A stretch of DNA of 55,317 bases from Callorhinchus milii (taxonomy: Eukaryota), in NCBI RefSeq assembly GCF_018977255.1, contig NW_024705309.1, positions 1 to 55,317 of the forward strand, read 5' to 3'. Below are positions 34,201-49,200 of the stretch, piece after piece. The position numbers and the translations under genes are program-made. The stretch's first letter is position 1, and every line of letters begins with the position of its first letter. The notes beneath the pieces are model-generated. The model saw only the letters and a program-made list of their open reading frames with translations, had not been told where the DNA came from and did not search any database.

Positions 34201-37200
34201 CCGAGGAATCGAAATGGGCTTCTAAGCCATACTTTCTGGGAGGTCGTCCCCTGGCTGAGCATTCAGTAAATACAAAAGGCGTTCATTTCGTTACCCGGAA
34301 CCAGAACAGAAGAATGTTTTGGCACCCGGCACTAAAAGACTACGGTCGCGGTATGCCGAAAGCACTTCCCTTGGTTTGGTACCGTGAGATCCCGCAAGCT
34401 ATCTATAACGCCAGCGAATACTTTCTTAGAGTCCCCTGGTAGGACCGACCGGGGCAAGTTCCTTGCACGCCTGGTAGAACTTCATGATACCCTGCTATCG
34501 ACTGTCTCCTTAGCGTTGGAAGGTAGGCGTATAGGGATTAGCGTGTGCGTAATCTCTACTGGGTACGTGAAATTAAGCGATGAGATTAGGCCACGGAGGT
34601 TGTACTTGTATGGGTCCACTGGCGCAGATTATACTCTATGAAAACAGACCCGACTGGGACCGGACCCAACCTTGCGGAATAAGTATTCCAAAGACCGGCC
34701 CTCCCCTCCTTCCAGGTATAGACTTCTAAAAGTAGTCTAACGTGCGAACAACCAATCTACAAGTTTGAACAATAAGCCCGACTTCTCCCTGAGCAGGACA
34801 AAGAGAACTACTAAGGGATTCAGGGTCAGGGAATATACATCACGTCCCATAAATCGAAGTTCCGCGACGCATCCCCCGCTAGTTCCTCACGCAGTCTTAG
34901 GTTTAAAATACATGTTGCATGAAACGCAATGTGTTAATTCCCCTGGCGAGCGGCCTATTCGCAATTATAGGAGTGTTAATTACAACGTCGGAACATCTGG
35001 TTCCGGGCAAGACCCTGAACTCTAGTGGTTCCTACTGGATTCAGGACCTGTCCGGCAAGAACGGAACCCATATTTAAAGGACTGCACGTTATGTATCGCA
35101 GCCGAGATCTGATACGGCATGCTGCTGCTTTACGCGTCACCAAGATATGTTTTGTTCGCTACTCCGTGGTCTTGCAGCAGACGTCCACGGTAGTCAAAGC
35201 TGAGAAAGAAAGTTGGCGTCTCAGGCCTTTTTTATTAAGAATCTCTCATAGTCACTATTTATACATTGCTACTATCTATCACGGGCTTCCGAGTCTCCGC
35301 TAGGGGTCGATGGGTCGTGAATATTAGGGAAGTGGAGCTGGTTTTTCAATGTAACGCCCTTGGTAACTAGAGAGGCCAGAGCTTGCTTGACGTGAGTATA
35401 ACTTATGATAGCACATTAAATCGGTGTTCAACCCCTTGTGGAGACCGTTTTGGAGTTTAGCATTGACCCATAGTATTTACCATACGACTCGCTGACCTGT
35501 GCTCATGAGTTTATCTAGTCGCCGTAATAAACCGTGTGTTACTAATATCCGTTCTTCCCGCTAAAATACAATCCGCCCACCTTAGTTTGTGCGCTTAGCC
35601 ATTCGCAAATCACGTGGGATGATTACTACCGGCCATGATGGTCATCTGAAAGTCTGAGTAGTTTCGGTGGGCTCCAGTACTTCATAATGACAGTAGACCG
35701 TACGGGCAGGAAGTATGAATTTAGTGTAGAGCCTTGGAATAGATATTCTCATCGAAGCAGTACTAAGGTTATAGAGGACTGATATCTCAGGTGGCACCCT
35801 TTTGTGTTCTAACAATATATTTCTGTCTTGCCGGGTCAAGTTAATCGCCTCGTCAGCTCCCGCTCCCACGATATGGTGGCTAGCTGTCGGACTACACGAG
35901 GACTTACATGCCTTAGCGGTTCCCCCCCTAGAACGTGACGCCGATTCCGGTTAAAAGAGCTAAATGTTTCCGGCAAGGAGATCGCCCGGACCCAGCCCGG
36001 GCTCCGCCCGTTGATCGATAGAGCTCTGCCGACCACGCCTAATGGCTAGCTAAGGTGGCCTCTTACCAACTCATTCTACACCAAAGAGAGTCATCTTTCC
36101 TGATTCTATAAAGTGACTGTCGCGTCCGGGCCAGAAGACGCAGCCAGGCTAGCTGGAAGAGTCCGCCGCTTCTACGAAAGATGGATAATCATGGATTGAT
36201 AGAGGGCGATCGGATAGAACAGATGTGTGCCGAAGTAGTTCGAAACTATGGCCCGTCCGGGTATATTTTTCTTGGTACAGCCGGACGTACGCGATCCATA
36301 AGCCGATACGCCCATGTTGTACCAGGTTACGTAATGCGACGGCAAAATTTTCATTTCACTCCATTAGAGTTCGTATACAGGGCCGGGAAGAGTTCAATGA
36401 GTATGTGCCAAACGCTTCCCCGCAGACGGGACCCTTCCGTATAGTGAACGACTCCTCACCTCGTTTAGCCACCCGATGGCTATTGCTGGTGTAGTCTTAT
36501 AAGAACCGCCGCAAATATTAATATACCTCCATGATCGTCAATTGCTGTTTGAGTAGTTACCTCCAAGGCCCACGTTCTTCATTATGGTGTTCATCTATCA
36601 TCCCCCATTACTCGATCGCCACACGATATAGAGATTTCTCTATATAGCAACAAGTTGTAAGGCCTTTCCTCAGCCTCACTCGTCAGCCAACATGTATCCG
36701 CGTACACCACTATACGCAAGTGGCAGAGCTATATACCTAGCTATCCTTCTTGCCGGCCTCGGTGAGAGGTTTACCCCAGTGACGGCATTTTAGCTTAAGC
36801 TCGGCCCTACTCTACGGAAGCTAAATATTAGGCGTCTACCAGGCGAATCTCCGTGCTATATTTACGTGTCTCATGCCCATATGTAATCAAAACGATAGCC
36901 TAACACTGGTAGAGACTCCTATCTAGAATGGACCGCATGGCCGTACCGCTTAACCGACGCGCGAAACCTTCTGAAGGCTGGAAAGCCCTGTCACGTTCAA
37001 GGGTTATTAGATTTACGGACCTATTCGAGCTGGGCGATATCTTCGCGGCACTCCCTAGTTAACTTAACTGATCGCTGCATCATACAGACATAGGTCAGAC
37101 ACAATATGGAGGATTCAGTGGAAGCCCTGAAGTCGAAGGACCGGATTAACAAGCCCCGAACGCACTGCTGTAAGCATCCAGAACCCTGTACAGGCAGGAA

Positions 37201-40200
37201 ACGGCAAAGATCATCACCACTCATTCCCAATCTGATCCACATGAAACAGCGGCGCCGAGGACGGTTGGGCTCCGGCTGCAAATTTGGTGGGATGCTCAGG
37301 TATGCCGGTGCGTACGCCGCACATGCTCGTCAGATACCGGCATCAGAGCATGTGAACCCAAACGCCAACAATGTCAGCGTTGTAGAAAATGCGATCTTCA
37401 CGCAGATTTAATCAGTCCGAATCTTAATACCCAGTTTTACCGCTTGAATTAGGCGATCGGGTCATTCGCGGAATGCTATGGGTAAGTTAAGACCGAGGCG
37501 TGTACCACTTGTAGTTATTAGGATATCAGCTGGCTTGTCACTGGCTTAAAGCATACATTAACGAACTCCTCCCCCCGGAGTGGACTGGTTAGCTTCCAAT
37601 TCACGCTTTAAGTGATCGTATGCCTAGTATAGATAGACAGCGAGTCGTGCGGGTAGCGTCACTACGAGTAATTATATAGGGCAAGGCGAGCGGGCTGAGC
37701 ACAGAAAGAGACTACCTCAATGATAAGTTCGGTTGCTTCCAACCTCGCATATCAGTATAATACTGAAAAGAGGTCCCACTCAGTGCCTTCCCGACGCAAC
37801 ACAGATATTCCGCTGGCACGGGATAGGACCGGTTAACCCGCAATCTGGCACGAAAGGTAAGATGTCGGATCCTGCTTAGAACATGTGGTGTATCAAGCGT
37901 TCGCTGGAACAGTGCGGGGTAAGACAAAAATAATAATTAATCAGATTCAACCGGAGTATAAGTCTAGAAGAAAGCCCGTACCAGGACTTTGTTTTTTTAC
38001 TTCTATGGCGTATATTAAGGCCTACTATTCATGTTAGCTTGAATGTCCGAGACACGTCGCTGGACACTCGTCTGCAGTGTTCATATAGTAATTCGGATAT
38101 CGGGAGATTGAACCGAATCGACTAGGCAGCCGGTTCCGTTCCGGAATTAGACGAGCACCTACGCCCATATCTCAGGGGCGTCCTAGGTCACCACACTGTG
38201 AACTTGGTAAAGGTATCAACAGTGGATTGACGGGGGCGACTCATTTATGGTTTAGATGAGCGCGTTAATGTAATATTTTAAGGGGGACAACTCCGTACAT
38301 CGCTAATTGCGTTGCCCACGGCGGCTGCGTAAATTGCAGTCTCAGGAGAGTGGTCCTTATAATACCGCTTTGCTTCTAGTTATTACCAGGTGATCTTTGT
38401 GTGACAGCTGTCTCGCAGAGGATTGTTTCCGGAACCGCCGGCAAGAAGTCACGCGAAGTCTATACAGCGCTGCGTATAGCCGAGCCTGTTACTACAATAC
38501 CTACCGGTAGCTAAACAGTCCGGTACGGATCCTAATTAGTAAGCCTGGAATTCTACAACACGGGCTGACTATAACATTAAGGGAAAAAAGCTAATCAGGA
38601 TTGATACTCTGTGCCCAAGGCAGTGGAAAACGCGAACGGCGACTCGTAGTCTTTGTAGTCAGCAAACAAGCCTTGTTTCCAGTAGTAACTCAGACGGCGG
38701 ATAGGCTGATTCCAGAGGATCGTAGCAAGATACGTTTGCGAGCGCTTGGGATCAAACACGGGGGAGAATGTCGCTGGTGTATAGCTTCCCGGCTTATCGC
38801 GAACTTACGATGTAATAAGCTACATTGTGTAGGTCAATAAATGAGTCTGAACCATTCCAGCGGGTAATAGAAAAGTAAGGTTGGTCACAGATATTTCAAT
38901 GAGAAATGCGACACGCACGCACGCTGTTAAGTACTTTGGAAACGGTAGTGAGGTAACAATCCCTTAGAGGTTTCGTATTTACGCCTGTTCCACACGGATG
39001 CTACACGTATTCATCACCCTAGAGACGGGGCCCGTTAGCGAAGCCCCACAGCGGAGAAGTTCTCGTGGTTACAGGGATACTAGTTGGAGTACAGGGAAGT
39101 TACTGTGACACAACCGGGGATCCGCACGAACTCTAGAACGAGATAGGCATATGGAGTGGTAGACCTTACCGTCCGAAACGATTTTTTATCTAACGATGTG
39201 AATCCAGGGTGCCTACTTATTTAGGCCGATTCTGGTGGGCAATTGATACGCGGTCGACGGCTCTTATGCTGCTCGATCCCAGTCGAGGTGGTAAGGGCGC
39301 GGAATCTCCGGAACTGCCAGCTGCACTTTTTTAATTTCTACAACGCGAGTGTTCGTAATAGCACCTTCCGGCTGAAACATAGTCTCGTCTCTTTGGGAGA
39401 GTTCTGTGTAGGTCAGTTTGCGAAAGCACCGGCGCGGGTCCCTCGACGCCGCCTGATATACTTAGATCGACTTACATAATCCTGCTCCAATGGCACACAT
39501 AGAAGACAATGATCCCGATTGAGAAGTGTTCACGAATCGCAAGCATGCTCCGCTTTCTGCCTCTGTACAAGGGGGGCAAACGCGCTGACGCGAACGAGCA
39601 CTTCGACTGGGGACCAGATGCGACGGATGATCGGTATGAAGTCTTCCTCATGTACACGGTGGGCGTCGCCGCCCGTAAGGCCCTCCTTAGCCTCTCCCTG
39701 GGCACAGGCTTGAAGCAGGTGCGGCGTGGACGCCCAGACCTAGTCTATTGACGCGCGATGAACCTAAGTGCTAGATTCCCTTGAACTAAAATTGGAGGGT
39801 GGACGCATAGCGATTTACCTAAACGAGTACGACATCCAATCACGGTAGAATTTGCGTCTAATTCTCTAAGTGCGTTGACCCTTAATGTGTGTCGTAAACA
39901 GATCCATGGCATCCAAAAAACTAATGGATTTACTGCACATATGCCATACTAGAACTCGCAAGACATCAGTGACGGATGAATAAAACGACCCTGTTGGTTG
40001 AGTAGCTGTCCCATGAACCCCGTTAACTCCGGCGTAAAAGGTGCAATAACAACACCACCATTACGGGGTGGGTGGCGCTTCGTAATGAGATGCGAATAAG
40101 GTAATCTTTAAAACATAGCGTAAAGGATTCGCAGCCATAAGTAGTGCCTTCGTACTGCACTCTGTAAAGGTGGGCTGAGCGATAATACAATAGCATATGC

Positions 40201-43200
40201 TGGGTAGCTTAGTACCGTTAGTTACATCATCACTCGAACCGAAGTGGGCTCAGATGAATAGAGAACTCGTTCGAAGACGTTAGTAGAAAACCAGAACAGC
40301 TCGGGATGCATGCGGTGACCGCTATACGGATCCAACGTCCGGTAGACCGCACTAAACCGGTAGATACTGATGTTGAAGCGGTATCTAGCCTCGTACGTAC
40401 TTCGTGCACCCAGTCGCGCCAGCCAGACAGCTTGGCGTTCCCTGATACATTTAACTTCTGAACTTAACTTCATAATTGCTACTTCACTCGATGCTCCAAT
40501 CTCGAAGTCTATATAAAGGTATTAATATATTGCCAAGTTAGTAATCGCCGGGTCGACACGTCGGACAAACCGAGTGTGCGGTATAGAGAGAAAACTTTTT
40601 CATCTGGCGCCCTTACGAGAAATGTACCTGAAATATAAAAAATGTACACTTTACACGTGAACGGAACATGGGAAACCTAACTATGCGACTTCGTTGTGAC
40701 GGTTTCGTTTGGGACCGAATAGATACTCTAAAACTTGGGGATGGGCTGGCCGTTTCTTTCCCAACCGACAGTGCTGGCATGCACCAGGATTAGAACCGGC
40801 AGGCTCTATGAGAATGTAAACTGCTAGTTTCGTTGTTGAGCACGACGTGTCCCTGATGGATCATGAGATTCCCCTCTTATTAAACCGGAGGTTCCGCGTG
40901 CCTAGAGACCTCAGAATCTAGAGTATGGTTGGACGGTCATCGCCTTATGTGACGCCACACTGGTACCTGGGCTATGCGATGTTGTTTTATCGATGGGGCA
41001 ACGGATTCAAAGAGCATTAGTACAGGGGGGCTAAGCACGCCAAGTGCTGATAACCGTTGTGTGCCTGAACCAAAGGGACGGTCAGAGCGACGGAGATTTC
41101 ATAGGGAACATGTACCCTCTTTACATAACACGGTTTCTGGTAGTCAAAGTAGAAATACCTACGTTGTTCGAGCTTTACCCTTCTGGTTGAATCATTGGTC
41201 ATCTTCAACATTGTAGTCATGTAAGCACTATCGAACCATCTTTATGACCGTGGAACGGACTAGCGCGAGTAGGATGATACAAACTATATCTCAGGGGTAA
41301 GGAAGTTCAGCGCTATCTATGGCGTCAAGAACATACTCTCCATTACCCCCGACCGACAGGTTGGAACCCGCAGACAGACAACCGGATCCGGACACGGGTA
41401 TCTGCTATAACTCTCCTCGATGAGATATTTGCCTTGCTCAGTACGCCCGGTGGCTCTCAGCGTCTCGCCGCGGGTCTAACGCACAGTCCATTGGTCATAG
41501 ATCAGCCATTAGTGGGGGTTACATGCGTTTGTTGGGAAGACCAGTACATAAAGGGTGGCGACCTAGAATTCATCTCTGGTGATGCAGTCACAAACTCTAG
41601 TGGCTCTTAGGGTCCGGCACGATGCAACTCAGGAAAGGATCCACTAGAATATTCAGAACGGATGTTACCGACAATGTGGACAGTCTGGGGCTAAGACTGT
41701 AGGATAGGCAGAGTGGCCATCTTACCAATGGACCGTGGCACCCTACTCTAGAGCTCTGGGTACCCGAACCGTCGCCGACCAAATTAGGCTGCATTGTAGC
41801 TGTCCCGAATGAACCGTCATTGGGGATATAGTCAGTCATGAAACGGGTCACCGCCCTGAAGGTACGATCGCCATTCAAGCGAAGTTGGTCTCCACATAAC
41901 TATATTAGCAATGTGACGTAGGAACCCCGGGCTTTTCGCCCGCTTTAACTTGAGTTTATCTACTCCGGACCGAAAGCATGCCAATCCACCCCAGTTTAAT
42001 GTCAACGCGGGTGATTACCGACGATCCTACACCATGAGTATCCAAGGACTCGATGAGCAGTTCATAGTGTCACCCATTTTGGCGGCACCTATTGACTAAA
42101 GTGATCAAAGTGCGCACGAACAAGGCGATCTGTACCCTGCTGAAGCCGACGATATGTGTGCTTAGTGATAGACACTGACACGAAACTGAAATGGCCAAAA
42201 ATAATGTCCTAAAAGTCTGTCTCGCTCATTGCTGCCCCAGGGTAAAGGGAAGCATGTCTATTGGCAATATCAGCTGAAGACCTAGCCCTGAACCGAGTCG
42301 GCCATAGATCACCCGGCGTCAAGTATTTGGCCGGCGACTTGATGTTTTGATGGTTGGAGCCTCAGACGAAGTTGAAAACTCTTCGTTTGATCGCGCATTT
42401 CGACGGCGTGCTGCGACGCAGCGACGGCCAAATTGAAGGTTAGACAAGTTGTCTCTCGCAATCATGGTTATGTGATAGGCGGAAAGCTGGGGACAAAATA
42501 AAGGTCGTATGTACGTTCGAATCTTTGAGGGGAAAGTCGTTGTGTAGCCGCATTTCCGGGATTATTGTGTGTCATTTACTAGAGTGTGACAACGTAACGT
42601 CTCATGATCAGGAGCTTTAGAGCAGGAAACCCTGGAGTACCCTTAGGTCGCTGTAGAAACAACGCGATGATTGGCCATGGAGTCGACCCCTACGAACGTT
42701 GCGGAGGAAATCGGTAACAGCATCCACTGCCCGTAATAGTAGGCAAAAGCGGGTAGCACCTACACTTTGCCGGGTCGAGAGAACCGATTTGCTTTACCCT
42801 CCCGCTATGCCGGCTTAAATTGGGATGCTGAGAATGTCTGTAGTGGAACTGTGGATATGGATATGCTTCATGAAGGCCAGTCCTGGTATCCCTTGTTTAC
42901 GCTTATGTGTCGCGAGGACGTACTGAAAGGCTCAGAATAAGGAGGAGTCTCCCTCACGACCCGCAATCGGCTGGTATCCGCTATTAGTCGGGTCCTCCTT
43001 GCACAAGGCTACTACGTATTGAACCATCAGCATTTTGCGAAACAATATAAATACCAATGGCAGCAGCCTTATGTCGGTATTAGCACGCCCCAGCTAATTG
43101 GACTTATTGTGCTGCCCACAACGCCGGGATCCGCCGTCAGAAAGTTTATCACTAGGCTGAAGTCATACTCGAGAGGCTAATATTCGATGGGCTCTACGTC

Positions 43201-46200
43201 TCACGGGATATATTATGCGTGTCCGGCCCGCTGGTTATAGGAGCGGGTAACTGAGTCAAGGCTCAGCTCCTCATCTGGTCTTACTCCCCTGTGCAGTTAC
43301 TCTCGTCGGAGTAGCAGACCGGCGCGGAGTTAACGGAAGCCCTAAGACGAGGTTAGAGGATGAGTCTTCTGGTCAATAGTGAGGGGCACGTTATACAGGG
43401 GCAAATTTAATCGCGTCCGTCAGAGTGTCCTATCATAGGCCGCAGCCATCGCTGAAGTGCCCGCCGTAAACGCTTACAAGGTGGGACTTCCGTCTTTGAA
43501 TAAGTCGCCGACGTAAGTGAGCCTTCTGAGGACGCGAAGATCTCATACTGCTCAACCGGACACCTAATAATATCTGCTTCTTAAGACAGTAACAAGGCCA
43601 TCCGTATTCATAATCTCGCTGTTCGAGTACCACAATAGGGTTGGCATGTGGATTGAGCCGACCAAAACGTACGCAAATTTCTCAATTGTACTCCATACAA
43701 AATCAATCGACCGATGACTCAGCCACAATCTGCCTCGTGCAATTACACACGCTACTCGTCCAGGTTGCGATTAGCGTGTGAGGTTGAGCTGTATTGCGAC
43801 CGGTCGATGCTATCACAGACTGTAGTATTAGGTAGGCACAGTTCCACATTCGCATTTGCTTAGACACCGCTACTGCTGACGTGACACGGGGGCCTTGACT
43901 CTTCAATTTATAGCGAAGGAGCCCGACCACCTGGGAATGATACCGGAGTGCGCTAGGTTGTATGCGCTCCGCTAGTGCCTGATCGTTATTGAGGTGCGCG
44001 ATAGGGCGGATCCTAATGCGATCAAGTGCCGAGTTTGGAACAAATAATCTCCCCACTTTCGATACTTGACAATGATAACTGGAATCCTCCATATAGAACT
44101 TTGTCAAGGTATGCACCCGGGTTCCGGTGGAGTTCGATGGATTCGAATTAAAATCGATGCTGAGATATCACTGCTCCTCTTAGACGACAAAAAACGCAGC
44201 CTAATCGCATTACAGAGTCGGGTGATGTCGGACAGAATCAGAAAGTATGATAATCAAAAGTATTATCGGACTCCAAAGTGAATAACTATTTGAGACGCGC
44301 AACAAACTCCCCGTCCAGCAAGTTACAACCGTCTATTCCATTGATTAGGGGTTAGAGAAGTCACTCCATTGATTGTTAGATGACAACGGATAGAAATGCT
44401 TAGTAACATGTCAGAGGTTAAGCCCCTATTGGGGTGACGGAGGATTTTGTTTAAGCTCCGGAATCCCTCGAGTTTGATTGACTATCGGCCGTAAATAATG
44501 GTGTTTAATAAACTCGACCCCCTAATTCTACAATGTAAATCGCCTTAATGACCTCCGGGGCCAAATAGCATGATGGGCACAGAGAGCGCAGCACAGCAAC
44601 AAAGATTAACCAGAGCGAACTAGCCCCGTGCGAGGGGCTAGCTAGTACTATGACCTCACGGTCACAGCGCTGCGCAGGCATCTTTTCCAGGAAGTGTATC
44701 GACGCATAGTTAGGTAGAGCCTACGTCTTTTGCGCTAGGCGCTACGTATTTTGTCTCTCTTTGTGTATCTTGTATCTACCCTTGGTACCTAGGGGGATCT
44801 GAGGGCTCTCATCTCGATTCGTATGGGTGATGCCGCTAGCTGAGGTTCGGTTCACTTTTCTTTAGGTGGTTGTGTAAGAACTCCACAAGATCAAAGGAAC
44901 GCCATATAAGGATTTGGGTCCTTTCTTGATTAGAGAGTAGCGCGGGTGTTATATGCGATATATGGAAGAGGAAAATCGAGAGCAGTTCGGGTGGGTGCCT
45001 CCCGTAAGGTTCCCATTAATGATTGGCGCTTGAGGACTTATTGATAAAGACGTAACGGGCCAGTAATCAGGCGTCCACAGTAGCAGCGCGTCAAAGCGTG
45101 TGACGTCTTACAGCACCAGGGAAAACTACTACTAACGTGAAGCGCTAGCGGCAAGCCGTCGACCTTGGCAGGGTAACGGACGAGGATGAGAAAAATAAGA
45201 CCACGACTCATATACATACCAGAAGCTAACGTGGCGGTACTGGATAAGGCGGAATAGGTTAGAATAGGGCACGTAAATCCTTCTCTCATCCAAATGGCGG
45301 TTTGCCTTACAGGATCCTGCCAGTGTCTTGGCATATCAAGTCTCAATATATCCCTCTACACACAATCGCTTGCTTTGAAAGGTATCAGCCTCGAATCCGG
45401 ACGAAGCCTCGTTGCAGCTTTAAACACACGGTGTCATCTCTGAAGTTTGGCCGGAACGTGGGACCCGCGCCCACTTTCAGCTGATAGTTACCACTGCATT
45501 GCTGTTAGAATGTGCAATTCCAGGTACGTCAACGATGGTTTATCGTCCGGGGTTTACTTGGCTGGCGGCGCGGTAACTTTTAGAACGGGAAGTTTACGCG
45601 AGTATTAATTCTGGTTGCCCCGGTAATCAGTATATCCGGTATCGGGAACAAAGTTAGGCGGATCTCACTGTTAGAAGATTACATATAAACCGGATTAGGA
45701 CAGGATTCCGAGGCACGTACTTGAGTCCGTTTCCACCAGTTGAGCGGTCATCAGAATCGGCTCCCGTGTCTGCCCCATAGGCCAAAGCCGACGTCGCGGT
45801 CCATGTAGCGCATCCGATAGAGAAGCGAGCAATCATAACCTGAGCTGTCACTGCTTGGCTGTCTTTTTTTGTGGGGCGGGATCGCGTCTTGACCACATAC
45901 ACCCATCGGACTTGCGGTTGAGTTACCTATCACTCGCTCCGGCGGGCACAACACGGCGCCCATGGCTTGGACCTCCCATCACGGGGCGTTAAACAGCGTG
46001 TGCGCAACCCCAGTTACTCTTAACCTAGACCCGTCCTTAACTACTATGCCACTTGAGAATGGCTCCTCCGGACCACTGATGGATGAAACGTGGGTCAAAT
46101 ATCTGGAGGTACGGGCAACGCGAACAAAATTGCCCAACATAGAACATCTATGTGCGTCCTGATGGGACCAAGGAGAGCTGGTCGGTGTCCATTATTGATC

Positions 46201-49200
46201 AGAGAGGGGGATCTAAGGGTTAGGAATGGATAAGGGGTTAACGAAGAAAACAAGGAAACCTGGTAGAAAATTAGATGCTCGGTTGTCGTAACGTTCTAGC
46301 TTTACTGTCGATCTAACGTCTACTCATCTAAACCTACTCCTCTGATAGAGAACGTGATGGAAGATACGATCCTTTCCTAATGGGTAGAGGCGTAGCAAAG
46401 AGCCCGCTTCACCGCCTGTCTGTAAGGGATAAGCTGGTCAAACAGCCGTGCCAAAATTACAGCGGTAATTTTATTGGGTGTACCAATGGACACTTTCTAC
46501 ATATGAAGATAATCGCGCAATAAATCAATCTATTTTATACCGCCTCATTCCCCTCGTGCGGTAATCCGCGAGTTTGGAGACGCGATAGTTTCTGACTTCG
46601 GCTAGGCGACACCATGGACTTGATAGACCTTCCAGCAGTTGAGCAGTGGTCGTGGGGCGACAGGTGTAGGGGCTCCGCGAGCTACCCCCGGGGAAGTTTG
46701 AAGCTGAGCTATACGCTACTCACCAGACCTACCGGAGGAAGAATTGTAGCCAGCCCCAACAATATTTAATCCCCCGAAGGAGTTTTCATAGAACCGGGCG
46801 ACGTGGATTCGATTGAATACTAGATATTTTCGACATTTTATCCGCAACAACGGTTTGGGTGAAAGAGTTTGAGATCGCTATAGTAACAGATCTGCCGAGC
46901 AAGGGAACCATCGCTCCGGAATGAAAGGCTTATCCAAAGCCTGCGGACAAGAGAGAGCCATTATTCTATCCTTAAGAAAAAGTCCTCGGAGGCAACCACC
47001 AGGCCGTAAATGCGGATTCGGTCAGCTATGACTCTAGCTTAATAAGCCGTGGAAATCTCCGCATCTTGAGAGTGGGTTCCTACCTGATTAACTTAACTGA
47101 TATGCTGACACCAGTCTGGGGTGAAGATTCGTACCACTCTGATGGAGTGGACCTTTGCCTGACCTAACGGGGCGCTCCACTTCGCATATGAGCATAGATG
47201 GGGTGCCTTCCCAGTTTACAACGTTCGACGCAGCTGCGTGGTCTGGCTAAGAATAAAATAACGTGTTAAATTTAAAGCGATAGGGCACAGCCCGTTTCAG
47301 AACACTTGGGCACTATACTTGGCGTTACTCGTTCACGAGTGTATCTTTGGATGTAAGTGTGATGGTCAAAAGTACCGAGTGTTTAACGCAAAATAAAGAG
47401 CAACAAAAATATGTAACCCCCCCCCAATTGGATGTTAGATTTGGTCTAAGCTGATCCGGTGGCGTCGTGGCCTGGGAAAACTTGGGGTCTTATCTAGCGA
47501 TCCACTCTTGGCACCTGGCTCCGGTTCCAAGGGCATGTTAGTAAGTGCCTTGAAAACTACTATTAAATAATCCCACCTTGGAACCAAGCCACTTTCCGGT
47601 CCCCCGGGGGTTTTGCTAAGTCGCGGGCTGGAAATGGACAGGCAGGACTAGTGCATAGCCCCCCCGGGCAATGCTATCCTCCTGCAGTCCAGAGTGTTGT
47701 ACGGCACCAGACAGGTACACCCAACCTTCCCTTTGTGGTAGATCTCATCCCGTTTCCCAATGGACGGGGCTGTTCATTGTTAAAACGGGCATGTCTCTAG
47801 GTGAACGATTCTAAGACGTTCGTGAGCGCAAATTGGATCCATATATGCTAGCCGCTACTTACATTTGTACAAAGTTGGCTCAGGACCTGATTTTTCTTTA
47901 AACGGGTTTTATTTAGGCACTAGTGAACCTCCCTGAACCGGGGCTGTTCCTTCCACTCCTGATTAGCTGGGGCCTGCCCATACTTTGCTATAAGGCCAGT
48001 GCGAATAGCTGGTCTATTTAGCAGGTCAACGTTGTGTTCCTTACTACGTGGGCAAGGACACTGAATCCTTGAAGGGCATGGTAAGTTTCTTTCGTTACGG
48101 AGAACCATTTCACAAGTCGCATAGGCGACGAGGACATATTCACCCTCCTGACATGGTGGGGACTACGATAGGTAGACTGTCCAGGCGGCTACCGCCAGGC
48201 TTCATTTATGCGCTGATGGGGAGACCACAGCGACATACCTAAAAGAGATTGTGTGGCGCTCGTTGACAATGGATTGAAGAATTCACACAAACCATTAGAG
48301 AGCAGACCCAGAGCACGCTTTAAATAGTCGGTATATGCGCAATCAATACGCGGATATTGCATCCTCTCCAGAGGCAGGCGGATTTGTACTTAGTTAGTAT
48401 TGCAGCTGCAAGTTAGCTTTTCTCGCTAGCCCCAGAGAACTCACCTCATCAACGTCCCCAAGAGTTACTTAAGCCTTTAAGTCGCCTTAACACGTTGACG
48501 TACTGTGCCTAGTTAAAGTGTTACGCGTCACGGATGACCCCCGTACGGAGTGTGTAACTGAATGTATGACGTCGGTCTGGTCATACTAACAGGAAACTAA
48601 TGTAAACCAAGGGGTCCGGGCCGGGTAGTTTGTATCATGACTTACTCGAGGTGCACTGTCTCAGGTCCGGTTCTTTACTTACTACCGCATTGGGCACAAT
48701 GGACGCATGCTTAGTCAAATTAAATGCGTCGCGCGTAGGAGATAGTACGTGTACCAGGGGTAAGCGTGCAAATCAATGTGTCGACAGTCAGAGTGAAGCA
48801 TTCAAGCAACGTTTGAGATGCAACAAAGTCGGTATGGGCGCGGGTATTGTCGCGAGTGACGCGAAGTGAGAACCAAAGAGCTGCCACAGGCACACTGGTG
48901 ATCCGAAATTTAAAAAGGGATCACGGTGGTGGTGAAATTAGCCACCCCGCGGGAAATCTCGAAGCCCCTGCACAGTGGAAAGTTAAATCCGCGCAAGGCC
49001 TTCAGTTCAACGATATTACAGGCCAGCGCCGGGCCCGTGGGTTCAAGAATTAACCTGATATGCCACCAAATGGGGTAGGGCCGTGTCACCAAATCGCGTC
49101 CTAACACACACCGGCCAGGTAGTCATCGGGTAGTACCTGTATACGGGGTATACAAAACACACAAAAAGTCTAAGACACTGGCGGCCATTCTCACGCAGTA

